Shown here one piece after another: positions 33,134 through 40,554 of a DNA stretch of 43,134 nt. The DNA is taken from the IMG/VR virus record IMGVR_UViG_3300045988_126989. The stretch is one strand, 5' to 3'. The notes beneath the pieces are model-generated. The model saw only the letters and a list, made by a program, of their open reading frames with translations. It was not told the origin of the DNA and searched no databases. This DNA comes from a virus. Each line of letters begins with the position of its first letter. Position 1 is the stretch's first letter. The translations under genes were made by a program, and so were the position numbers.

Positions 33134-33697
33134 TTATTCATCTATGAAATTTATGATATATGTTAATTCTTTCATTCTTTTTACCGCTTCTTCTTTAATG
33201 AATTGCAAAGCTGCTCTCTTTGCTACTTCAAAACTTTTAAACGGATGAACAATGCTTATTGTTTCTCCAAAATACAATGTGAAATATATATAAAACAATT
33301 TTGGCTCACTATCGTTAAGTTGGTGCTCTTCAATTGTTGCGATTGCTCTGTTTTCATTGTAGGCATCAGTCAATATAAGTCGTGTTATTTTTTGCCCGTC
33401 AAATCTATTTTTTTTCCATATTAATTTCATATTTTTCTCTTCGGCAACAACTTCAGATTTTTTATCTTTTGTTATTCTATGTTTTACATGATCTTTACCG
33501 GTTAATAATCTATATAAACAAGTTTTTCCACCAAAAAATTCAAGATTTCTAGAATCAAATTCAATTGATCGTAGCTCTAAATCTTCATTAAAATACAGTG
33601 GGTTGCATTGCTTAAACTCACCATCCACATCAAATGCATCATATGGTTCTAAACCATTTTCTTCCATGAATTTTTCAATAACTTTTGATTCAATCAT
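33134..33697 (-). CDS. Hypothetical protein (187 aa)
   Basis: Intact ORF in the replication module. Confidence 0.55.
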   Translation of the reverse strand: MIESKVIEKFMEENGLEPYDAFDVDGEFKQCNPLYFNEDLELRSIEFDSRNLEFFGGKTCLYRLLTGKDHVKHRITKDKKSEVVAEEKNMKLIWKKNRFDGQKITRLILTDAYNENRAIATIEEHQLNDSEPKLFYIYFTLYFGETISIVHPFKSFEVAKRAALQFIKEEAVKRMKELTYIINFIDE

Positions 33698-33900
33698 TCT
33701 ATTTCCTCCAATTCCAATTCTTCACATATTTTTACGATTATAAATCCATTCCTTGAACGCTTTATTTTTCCTTTTTTCTGTTTGGAATACATGGATCTAA
33801 ATGTATTGATTGTTGTTTCTAAAAACAATGCACATTCATCTTCTGTTCCAATACAAGCAGGAAGATCATCCTTGTATATTCCATATATTTTTCGTGCCAT
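33694..33900 (-). CDS. Hypothetical protein (68 aa)
   Basis: Intact ORF, overlapping start and stop. Confidence 0.5.
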   Translation of the reverse strand: MARKIYGIYKDDLPACIGTEDECALFLETTINTFRSMYSKQKKGKIKRSRNGFIIVKICEELELEEIE

Positions 33901-34691
33901 CAGTTCAACCTGTAATTCTTTCCAGGCTCTTTCTCAATTTCAAAGAAGAAACCATTGCACTTTTCAACAATTCGTCCAACTACCGCTTCATTTATATCAA
34001 TCATTTCCTGGCTTGTTCTTTCGCAGGATATGATCGTCTGCATGTTATTGTTATAGCGATAATCAATCAAATCAAAGATTGCTTTATCATCCAACCGATT
34101 AGCACTAGATTTGAATAAATCATCTAGATACAAGATTTGAGCGTGTTTAGCGCGTTCTAGAAGCGAATAATCAAAGTTGCTAATAGAATTGCTCAATTCA
34201 ATATATCTGACGTACAGAACGCGTTTATTTTGTTCTAACAACCAATTACTGATTCCTGAACATAGATGTGTTTTACCACATCCACTCTGTCCTAAAAACA
34301 TCAGCCAATTGCAAGGAGTATGTTCTGCAAAATTGTTTTTACAATCCTGAATGTAATTCACTGCCATTTTTTTGATTGCTTCCTGCCAAGGATCTGATGC
34401 ATTGAAGCTATTGATTCGTTTATTCAACAAATCACCTAGCCCACTGTTCTTTTTGTTTTTCTCAATCCATTCACTGCGATAGCTTGATAGCTTCTCACAG
34501 TCATTTCTTTTTGAACAGAACACCTTTGTTGCAGCCACCAAGTATTTACCGTCATAATACGCTGGCTTTTCCCAAATACCACAAGCGCCTGCTGCCATGC
34601 ATTTGTCACAATCGCTTTGACAATGTTTGCTTTTAAGATATTTCTTATTTTCTTCATTTTGTTTTTGGATTATTTCACTAACTGACTGCAT
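33900..34691 (-). CDS. DnaC/IstB-like AAA+ helicase loader
   Basis: Walker A GQSGCGKTHL, Walker B ILYLDDLF. Cys-rich N-terminus. Follows the replisome organiser. Confidence 0.8.
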   Translation of the reverse strand: MQSVSEIIQKQNEENKKYLKSKHCQSDCDKCMAAGACGIWEKPAYYDGKYLVAATKVFCSKRNDCEKLSSYRSEWIEKNKKNSGLGDLLNKRINSFNASDPWQEAIKKMAVNYIQDCKNNFAEHTPCNWLMFLGQSGCGKTHLCSGISNWLLEQNKRVLYVRYIELSNSISNFDYSLLERAKHAQILYLDDLFKSSANRLDDKAIFDLIDYRYNNNMQTIISCERTSQEMIDINEAVVGRIVEKCNGFFFEIEKEPGKNYRLN

Positions 34692-35491
34692 TACATCTTC
34701 ATTCCTTTCGTGATCACAAAATTATTTGTTTTTTGTTTAGGTGCTACACTGTTCAGATAAATTTCAAACTTAGATCCAAACAACGTGTCAGGCCTTAGAT
34801 ACTTGTTCATTTTTGTATCGTTTAACCAATCATAAGCTTTAACATCAATCACAAGCTTAAAGTCTTCTAATCTGAATCCCTCATTCCATCTAGCATGAAT
34901 CTTCTCTCTAGCAATGCGATTACTGTGTTTGTAACGCTTTGAACATTTAGAATTCAAGTAGTCAATAATTTCATCATAAGGAATTGTTTCTGATGCTGAT
35001 AAATCAGTGTCGTCGGAACTTTCTTTTATATTTCTTTTATTAACTGTGTTACTAACTGTGTATATAACTGTCTTAGATTGGTCATTTTTGGCCATTGTAC
35101 ATTGGTCATTTTTGACTATTCTACAATTGCCATTTTCGACCGTTCGATTAGTCACTTTTGACCAATCTATACTTAAAGCACTTTTTAACTTTTCTCCTAC
35201 TTCTCCAAACGCATACCAAGTTGTATGATTCCATGGATTTTCGTTATAGTTTCCCTTGACTAACAAGCCAAGTTCAACCATTTTATTTAAGATTCTTTTT
35301 ATCTTTTGAACATTCCAATACGGGAACATTTTATGCAATCCTTCATATGTATTGAACGTCCAATATTTCCCGTCCTGGAAATTGTAATTATTTGCTTCGT
35401 TCTTGCTGATCCAAAAACAAAACATATCGAACATGATAGCTATTTCAACTCCATATTCATTCGCAATTTCCACATCAAAACTATGTTTCAT
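34691..35491 (-). CDS. Replisome organiser / DnaD-like replication initiation protein with conserved phage C-terminal domain
   Basis: 266 aa. C-terminus ..HARWNEGFRLEDFKLVIDVK..WLNDTKMNKYLRPDTLFGSKFEIYLN resembles the phage rep-organiser C-domain. Iterons lie inside the gene. Confidence 0.75.
   Translation of the reverse strand: MKHSFDVEIANEYGVEIAIMFDMFCFWISKNEANNYNFQDGKYWTFNTYEGLHKMFPYWNVQKIKRILNKMVELGLLVKGNYNENPWNHTTWYAFGEVGEKLKSALSIDWSKVTNRTVENGNCRIVKNDQCTMAKNDQSKTVIYTVSNTVNKRNIKESSDDTDLSASETIPYDEIIDYLNSKCSKRYKHSNRIAREKIHARWNEGFRLEDFKLVIDVKAYDWLNDTKMNKYLRPDTLFGSKFEIYLNSVAPKQKTNNFVITKGMKM
35038..35168. repeat. Iteron cluster (putative origin of replication) inside the organiser gene
   Basis: ATTGGTCATTTTTG at 35077 and 35101 (identical). 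Degenerate copies at 35126 and 35147. Inverted GATTGGTCAAAA at 35157-68. TAACTGTGT-like x3 at 35041-35072. Confidence 0.7.
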
Positions 35492-35498
35492 ACTATCC

Positions 35499-35762
35499 TC
35501 AAAATAAAGATACTTCCTTTATTCTCTTTCTATTTCTTGTATTACTCTTAGGTAGAATCACAAGCTCATAAAGCCTTCCATCCACCTGATAAAAACGATA
35601 TGCTGCACCCATGCAAGAAATGTTTTTTCTTTGTACAAGTGCAGCTGTTATTCCATATTCTTCAAACATATAAACTGCATCAGGAACTACTTGTAGAACC
35701 TCGTATGATGCATTTTGAACCTGAATAACATCTCCTGTATTAACATTAGTAGCTTCTTTCAT
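35499..35762 (-). CDS. Hypothetical protein (87 aa)
   Basis: Intact ORF upstream of the replication genes. Confidence 0.5.
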   Translation of the reverse strand: MKEATNVNTGDVIQVQNASYEVLQVVPDAVYMFEEYGITAALVQRKNISCMGAAYRFYQVDGRLYELVILPKSNTRNRKRIKEVSLF

Positions 35763-35785
35763 TTGTTTCTCCCGTCTTGTATAAT
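35757..35785 (+). promoter_or_regulatory. Candidate promoter of the antisense-oriented gene 35810-36265
   Basis: Perfect TATAAT (35780-85) with a weak -35 TTTCAT 17 nt upstream. AGAGG RBS 9 nt before the ATG at 35810. Confidence 0.4.
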
Positions 35786-35809
35786 TACCTCGAAAAGAGG
35801 TATATTTAT

Positions 35810-36265
35810 ATGAAATTTGATAATGATTTTTTAAATTTTGCTTTTAAATCGTGGCCTTATATAGTCGCGATAATTCCATCTTGTGTAGGCCTTCATAAGT
35901 CGATTAAAGTAGAGAAGATTATAGCTGCTAACAAGGAACTTGTTTCTATAATCCAAGCTCGCGCACCAATAACTCAAGAGCATTACAATCAATTATTAAG
36001 TGTTTTCTCTGATTATTTAGACAAAGCCGCTAGATACAATAAATCAGATGGGAACACTTTATTAAAAGAATATCGTGCTGCCTATTTAAAATCTCGAATG
36101 TTAATCCCTGACAAAGAACTACATGATAAAATGGATGAAGTTAATACGTATTTGTTAGATCAAAAAAAATCTAATATTAAATCTGAATTGGAATTCACTA
36201 ACATGTTGGCTGATATATCTGACTCTTTCAGTCTCTTTCTAGATCAAATTGAAAGAAACGCATGA
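35810..36265 (+). CDS. Membrane-anchored helical protein encoded antisense to the early operon (moron-like)
   Basis: 151 aa from ATG 35810. N-terminal TM WPYIVAIIPSCVGL. Has its own promoter/RBS. Converges on 36244-36435. Confidence 0.55.
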   Translation: MKFDNDFLNFAFKSWPYIVAIIPSCVGLHKSIKVEKIIAANKELVSIIQARAPITQEHYNQLLSVFSDYLDKAARYNKSDGNTLLKEYRAAYLKSRMLIPDKELHDKMDEVNTYLLDQKKSNIKSELEFTNMLADISDSFSLFLDQIERNA

Positions 36266-36435
36266 CATAGTCCAAATGCACATGCATGTCCATAGAACCA
36301 AAATTTAAAATACTGAATTGCATGTCTTTTAATATCGTCTTTATAGTCATAGAATTTAGTTTCACTAAATTCTAAAATAAAAGCAATCGTGATTGTTACC
36401 ATCCATCCAACATCCACTGCAAATTTAACATCCAT
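36244..36435 (-). CDS. Small membrane protein (63 aa) downstream of the recombinase
   Basis: Hydrophobic helices. Starts 8 nt after the recombinase stop. Confidence 0.45.
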   Translation of the reverse strand: MDVKFAVDVGWMVTITIAFILEFSETKFYDYKDDIKRHAIQYFKFWFYGHACAFGLCHAFLSI

Positions 36436-36443
36436 TCCATTCC

Positions 36444-37343
36444 CTACTTTCTTTTCGCATAACTCAATGATTCAAGATTCTGCTTTTTCATTTTCCTTGT
36501 TGTACGAACATAGATTCTTGTGGTTTCTAAACTAGAATGTCCAAGAATATCAGCCAATTCAGCAATCGCATTTTCACCATTCTGCATCAAATACTGAATC
36601 GCGAACAAATGCCTAAATGCATGAGGATGTACTTTACCAAGCTTAATTCCTCTGCACTTACCAGCGATCATTTTTAGATCCCTGGATAACACACGAGCGT
36701 TTACAGGACTTTTCTTATCAGAAGAAGTAAATATATACCCTTCTTCGATTTTGTTGTCCTTGCAATATTTTAGAAGCTCTCGCCGCAAGTCTGAACGTAG
36801 AATGATTCCTCTTCCTTTTCCTTTGTTCATAACATACACATTGTCATCCGTTACTGCTTCTACAGTGAAGAACTGTAATTCACTCAATCGAATGCCCGTA
36901 TATCCAAATACCTTCATGATCTCGTATAAATCCATACGATTGATTTCACGGGCTTTTTTCAATAGCCTTTGAAATTCATTAGGTTCTAGAATATCATCCA
37001 AAGAATCGTCTTTCTGGACTCTTACGTTCTTCAATAAGTTCTTTGAATAATATTTCTTTAGCTTAAGAAAATTAAAATCATCATCAGAATCAATGATTTC
37101 GCTATATTTAATAAATTTATTAATGATCACAATATAGTTGTTTACTGTACTGATTTTATAATCATGCAGCAGTTTATCTTTAACACCAACTATATCGGAC
37201 TTTTGTATTTCACCATCAGGCAATGAGTTAACAAACAAGATAGTTACATGTTTGTATTTACGAATGGTATTCTTACTTTTCTCATCCGCTGTTTCTTCTT
37301 CTATGAACCCGTCAATCTTTGTTTGTAACTCATCCTTAGTCAT
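36444..37343 (-). CDS. Second tyrosine recombinase (XerC/D-like, 299 aa)
   Basis: ..GIRLSEL.., ..HPHAFRHLFA.., ..LGHSSLETTRIYV.. (the R...HxxR...Y catalytic pattern). Confidence 0.85.
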   Translation of the reverse strand: MTKDELQTKIDGFIEEETADEKSKNTIRKYKHVTILFVNSLPDGEIQKSDIVGVKDKLLHDYKISTVNNYIVIINKFIKYSEIIDSDDDFNFLKLKKYYSKNLLKNVRVQKDDSLDDILEPNEFQRLLKKAREINRMDLYEIMKVFGYTGIRLSELQFFTVEAVTDDNVYVMNKGKGRGIILRSDLRRELLKYCKDNKIEEGYIFTSSDKKSPVNARVLSRDLKMIAGKCRGIKLGKVHPHAFRHLFAIQYLMQNGENAIAELADILGHSSLETTRIYVRTTRKMKKQNLESLSYAKRK

Positions 37344-37344
37344 A

Positions 37345-37563
37345 TTACTTAACTACCTGGATGATTGTAGTTACCAAAATCTTAGTAGATAAGAACACAC
37401 ATACATTCAACGCAAGTAAAGCGATATTAATGAATGTACACGGAACGACATAATTTTTTGACTTAGGTTTCTCATTAATGACAAGCTTGTCATTTAACTT
37501 ATAGATGTCATACTTATCGAAATTTGGAATCTCCCAAGTTTCTTTTTCTTTTTCTTTTGCCAT
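37345..37563 (-). CDS. Small C-terminally anchored membrane protein (72 aa)
   Basis: Start moved to ATG 37563 (AAGGAG 7 nt upstream). TM FINIALLALNVCVFLSTKILV. Stop abuts the recombinase start. Confidence 0.5.
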   Translation of the reverse strand: MAKEKEKETWEIPNFDKYDIYKLNDKLVINEKPKSKNYVVPCTFINIALLALNVCVFLSTKILVTTIIQVVK

Positions 37564-37604
37564 TTTATATCTCCTTATATAATAGTGATTGGAGGTGAAA
37601 AGAA

Positions 37605-37820
37605 ATGTCTGATTTAGCAATTCAAATCCATAAATTTGTCCTAGCAAACAAACGTGGAGAAGAAAAACTATGCAGTTTAGAAGATGTCACAGATGCGTTC
37701 CCTACTCATTCTGAAGATCAAGTCAAGAAAGCACTTCACGAATTAGGTGATAACGGCTACATCCGTTCCTTTATGAACGCTGACAACTTCATTTATTACG
37801 TATTCAGTGTGATAGAATAA
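37605..37820 (+). CDS. Small winged-helix-like protein (71 aa), divergent from the recombinase unit
   Basis: GGAGGTG RBS. ..EDQVKKALHELGDNGYIRSF.. is wHTH-like. Has its own terminator. Confidence 0.5.
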   Translation: MSDLAIQIHKFVLANKRGEEKLCSLEDVTDAFPTHSEDQVKKALHELGDNGYIRSFMNADNFIYYVFSVIE

Positions 37821-37823
37821 GTA

Positions 37824-38114
37824 TTAGCACTCTTTTGAGTGCTTTTCTTTTTGTCTTACCCTTTCATGAATCGAATATGCTCTATCTTGATGATCTATTC
37901 TTTTCACCAAAATCCAATCCTTAGCCAAAATATCTTTTGTTGTAATTCCTGCCATGCGAACAATATATCCTTTAAAAGGAATATAAGCGCCATAGCCATA
38001 AATAGCATTATCAAACGGCACTAAATAGCCATTTACAGTTGTGAGGAATGAGTTCTTACGTACCATTCCCATTTTTCTTTTCTTTGCCAACTTAGTGGCT
38101 TTAACAATATTCAT
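37824..38114 (-). CDS. Hypothetical basic protein (96 aa)
   Basis: AAGGAG RBS. Intact ORF. Confidence 0.55.
   Translation of the reverse strand: MNIVKATKLAKKRKMGMVRKNSFLTTVNGYLVPFDNAIYGYGAYIPFKGYIVRMAGITTKDILAKDWILVKRIDHQDRAYSIHERVRQKEKHSKEC
37826..37852 (+). terminator. Plus-strand terminator after 37605-37820
   Basis: AGCACTC-tttt-GAGTGCT followed by TTTTCTTTTT. Confidence 0.65.
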
Positions 38115-38140
38115 TTTTTTATTTCTCCTTTTAGAAACTG

Positions 38141-38212
38141 TGATATAATGAACTCGTAATACATTAACCCAGGGCTCACTACCCTAGCACTCTTGGCCAA
38201 GAGTGCTTTTTA
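38141..38212 (+). ncRNA. Candidate ~57-nt antisense RNA (extended -10 promoter plus terminator)
   Basis: TGaTATAAT (38141-49). About 40 nt later comes a perfect 22-bp palindrome AGCACTCTTGGCCAAGAGTGCT (38186-38207) followed by TTTTT on the plus strand only. No plus-strand gene lies here. Confidence 0.35.
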
Positions 38213-38444
38213 TTTCTTGTTTCCAAATGTCATTAAGCGCACTTTTAGTCTCAGGAAAATACTCAACAAATATTGGAGTGGGAACTGCAAGAATCTTTCC
38301 AAGCATAGTGTCTCGATATGATCCTTCGAACATTTCACCCTTTTTGTCTTTTTGTTTGCGTAGATTATGTAAAATCTTTCTAGCCTGTGTATCCTTTACT
38401 GGTAAAACAAGCATCACATCTTTCACAGTCACATATGCTTTCAT
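38184..38444 (-). CDS. Small HTH (excisionase/Cro-like) DNA-binding protein, 86 aa
   Basis: Start moved to ATG 38444 (GGAAAGGAG upstream). ..VTVKDVMLVLPVKDTQARKILHNL.. is HTH-like. Second gene of the early operon. Confidence 0.45.
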   Translation of the reverse strand: MKAYVTVKDVMLVLPVKDTQARKILHNLRKQKDKKGEMFEGSYRDTMLGKILAVPTPIFVEYFPETKSALNDIWKQEIKSTLGQEC

Positions 38445-38593
38445 TTTTCTTCGTTCTCCTTTCCTTTTGAGCCTTTTCTTTTGCTCTGAGTCAAAATACA
38501 TGCGATAAAGCCTCGATCATACTCGTTGATGTCATATCCCATCTTTTCGAGCGTATCCAAAGCTTCTTTAGTGACATTTTCCTCATCAGTCAT
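38441..38593 (-). CDS. First early gene, 50-aa acidic/basic protein
   Basis: GGAGGG 5 nt before ATG 38593. MTDEENVTKEALDTLEKMGYDINEYDRGFIACILTQSKRKGSKGKENEEK. Its TGA overlaps the next ATG. Below the track cutoff. Confidence 0.45.
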   Translation of the reverse strand: MTDEENVTKEALDTLEKMGYDINEYDRGFIACILTQSKRKGSKGKENEEK

Positions 38594-38620
38594 TACATCC
38601 CTCCTTTTAAAATACTTTTT

Positions 38621-38710
38621 GTATGTTACACATACATTATAAGTATGTGTTGCATACTATGTCAACTTTAAATTATTCAAATAATTTGTTTTTTTGTATA
38701 CTCGGCATAC
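38621..38710. promoter_or_regulatory. Three 15-bp operators GTATG-N5-CATAC of the immunity switch
   Basis: O1 38621-35 GTATGttacaCATAC. O2 38643-57 GTATGtgttgCATAC. O3 38696-38710 GTATActcggCATAC. Confidence 0.65.
38636..38665 (-). promoter_or_regulatory. Early lytic promoter (PR-like)
   Basis: Minus strand reads TTGACA (38665-60), 18 nt, TATAAT (38641-36). Operators lie in the spacer and just downstream. Confidence 0.7.
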
Positions 38711-38755
38711 TTTTTAATGTATAATCACAGTGTAAGCAGTTAAGAGGTGAAAATC

Positions 38756-39160
38756 GTGGAAGAACATATAGGGTCGAGAATATATAAAATACGTAAACAT
38801 TTTAATTTGAGTATGGAAAAATTCGGTAAACAAATAGGTATCTCAAAAGGTTCAATCAATAACATTGAAAAAGGAACTACCAATCCATCAAGCCAAACCA
38901 TCAATTCTATATGTCGAGAATTTAACGTTGACTATGTATGGTTAACTGAAGGTATTGGAGACGATATGTTCATTTCTATACCTGATTCAAAAATAGATCA
39001 GCTAATCGAAGATTATGGATTAAAGCCAGAAGATAAATGGCTTGTGCGAGGATACCTTGAAGCACCGCCGGATATAAAGCAACAAGTTGCAGATTATTTG
39101 TGGTCAATTGTAAATAGAGAATTAGCTAAAAGAGAAAAAGAAAAGAGTAACAAGAAATAA
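38756..39160 (+). CDS. CI-like repressor (XRE-family HTH, no S24 peptidase domain)
   Basis: GTG 38756 lies 8 nt after AAGAGG. ..LSMEKFGKQIGISKGSINNIEKGTTNPSSQTINSICREF.. Divergent from the early promoter. Confidence 0.8.
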   Translation: MEEHIGSRIYKIRKHFNLSMEKFGKQIGISKGSINNIEKGTTNPSSQTINSICREFNVDYVWLTEGIGDDMFISIPDSKIDQLIEDYGLKPEDKWLVRGYLEAPPDIKQQVADYLWSIVNRELAKREKEKSNKK

Positions 39161-39220
39161 CTTGCTACTTTTTGTTTTATAAATTAAATATTTACATAGC
39201 TTATTTATGGAGGAATAGTA

Positions 39221-39907
39221 ATGGAAAAAGTAGTTTATTATTGCCCTAATTGTGGAAAAACAGTTTCTAGATTAAAAGGAAATAAAGACAATTGTTCTAA
39301 CTGCAACGGGAAAATGGTTCAAACACCGATTGATGTAGAAAAATGGAAAGAGTTGTCTGATGATGAAAAAGCAAAAATCAAGTCAGAAATATCATTTTAT
39401 GGAATCCCTGAATATAGTGGAGAACCATTAAGTGCTTTAAAACATAGATATGACTTAATTCAAATTCAGAAGATTTCCGTCACTACAACAGACATAAAAC
39501 GTGATTATGTTATTATTGGGCCTGTATTTTATCAAATAAATGATGCAGGATCAGGAAAAATGATTTTTCAAAAGCAAAAAGAATATCGTAGTGTAATAAA
39601 TTCTTTAAAAGATCAAAATCAATTAGTGAATCAAAAAGCATCAATATCTGAAGCTTTAGGTACAATATCAAGTTTTTTTGAATTAATTAATACTGGTGAT
39701 ATATCTGCATCTACAAAAGATTTATTAGGAAATGGTCACACTCAATTTGATGAAGCTTTTTTTATTTCGGTAGAAGAATTAAAAAAGCGTGCATATTATA
39801 TGGGTGCAGATGCTGTCATTGGCATGAAAGAAGAACTAAATTTAGATACTAATGGATTTCAACATTTTTATATGCAAATGTATGGAACAGCTGTTAAATT
39901 TAAATAA
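39221..39907 (+). CDS. Zinc-ribbon plus YbjQ/DUF74-like domain protein, co-transcribed with the repressor
   Basis: YYCPNCGK..CSNCNGKM at the N-terminus. C-terminus ..RAYYMGADAVIGMKEELNLD..MQMYGTAVKF resembles the YbjQ fold. GGAGG RBS. No terminator after the cI-like gene. Confidence 0.6.
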   Translation: MEKVVYYCPNCGKTVSRLKGNKDNCSNCNGKMVQTPIDVEKWKELSDDEKAKIKSEISFYGIPEYSGEPLSALKHRYDLIQIQKISVTTTDIKRDYVIIGPVFYQINDAGSGKMIFQKQKEYRSVINSLKDQNQLVNQKASISEALGTISSFFELINTGDISASTKDLLGNGHTQFDEAFFISVEELKKRAYYMGADAVIGMKEELNLDTNGFQHFYMQMYGTAVKFK

Positions 39908-39937
39908 AAGCTAGGGTAAATTCCCTAGCTTTTATTT
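39906..39937 (+). terminator. Terminator of the lysogeny operon
   Basis: AGCTAGGG-taaatt-CCCTAGCT followed by TTTATTT. Confidence 0.7.
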
Positions 39938-40054
39938 CTTCTTTGCCAACTACTTCATCAGACCAAATTTTAGCCTTCATAGCATTCAAATCTTTCCACA
40001 ATTGAGATTCTCTTTTTTCTTAAATTTAGTATCCTTCTTTTAAATTTGTGCGTA

Positions 40055-40070
40055 AATACCTATAGGTATT
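40055..40070. repeat. Perfect 16-bp palindrome
   Basis: AATACCTATAGGTATT. Confidence 0.8.
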
Positions 40071-40074
40071 AGTG

Positions 40075-40194
40075 TTATTCTTTTTTAGATGATAACAGCA
40101 GTCTTTGTGCATGATTGTACAGAATTCGCAGATCATCAACACTTAGCTTTTTCGCTAGGATAATTAATTTTGTTATCCATAAATTCCTTTTCAT
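40075..40194 (-). CDS. Small helical ORF (39 aa)
   Basis: MKRNLWITKLIILAKKLSVDDLRILYNHAQRLLLSSKKE. AAGGGA lies 7 nt upstream. A TTGACA-like promoter is at 40279-84 on the minus strand. Speculative. Confidence 0.25.
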   Translation of the reverse strand: MKRNLWITKLIILAKKLSVDDLRILYNHAQRLLLSSKKE

Positions 40195-40230
40195 AAGACC
40201 ATCCCTTTCCATTCATCTTTTATGAACAAA

Positions 40231-40248
40231 AAGGAAAACGTTTTCCTT
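40231..40248. repeat. Perfect 18-bp palindrome (operator or hairpin)
   Basis: AAGGAAAACGTTTTCCTT. Lies between the candidate minus promoter and the 39-aa ORF. Confidence 0.8.
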
Positions 40249-40368
40249 ATTCTAATATAATAAGTCTTAAATTTTATATGTCAATGCATGTTTTGTATTA
40301 AATTGTACAAATATAATACTAAAATGTGCAAGTGGTTATATATCACATTTCCAGTCTCGAATTTTTTC

Positions 40369-40377
40369 GGGGGGGGG
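40369..40377. repeat. G9 homopolymer in AT-rich intergenic DNA
   Basis: ttttttcGGGGGGGGGtag as read. Sits at the 3' end of an 18-codon ORF starting at 40324. Confidence 0.8.
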
Positions 40378-40554
40378 TAGAATTTTTAATGTACTTTTGG
40401 TTATATTATTAATGACTGATTTTGTTTTGTAAATATTTATTAATATTTTGCATTTTTAATTACTCTTTTTAAAATGCGATGTTATTATTCATGTGTACAT
40501 GATAAATATTTTAGGCTTTTTTCTATTTCCTCAAGAAAAGATTAGCAGAGAATG

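Noticed and set aside
5072-34657. Same-strand internal out-of-frame ORFs (5072-5320, 9596-9853, 22403-22588, 34436-34657).
   Set aside because: They are nested within well-supported larger genes, with no independent translation signals.
35763-36443. Invertible segment controlled by the adjacent recombinase.
   Set aside because: Only a 7-nt match (CAAATTT) was found between the two borders. That is too short to call inverted repeats by eye, and the question needs read-pair evidence.
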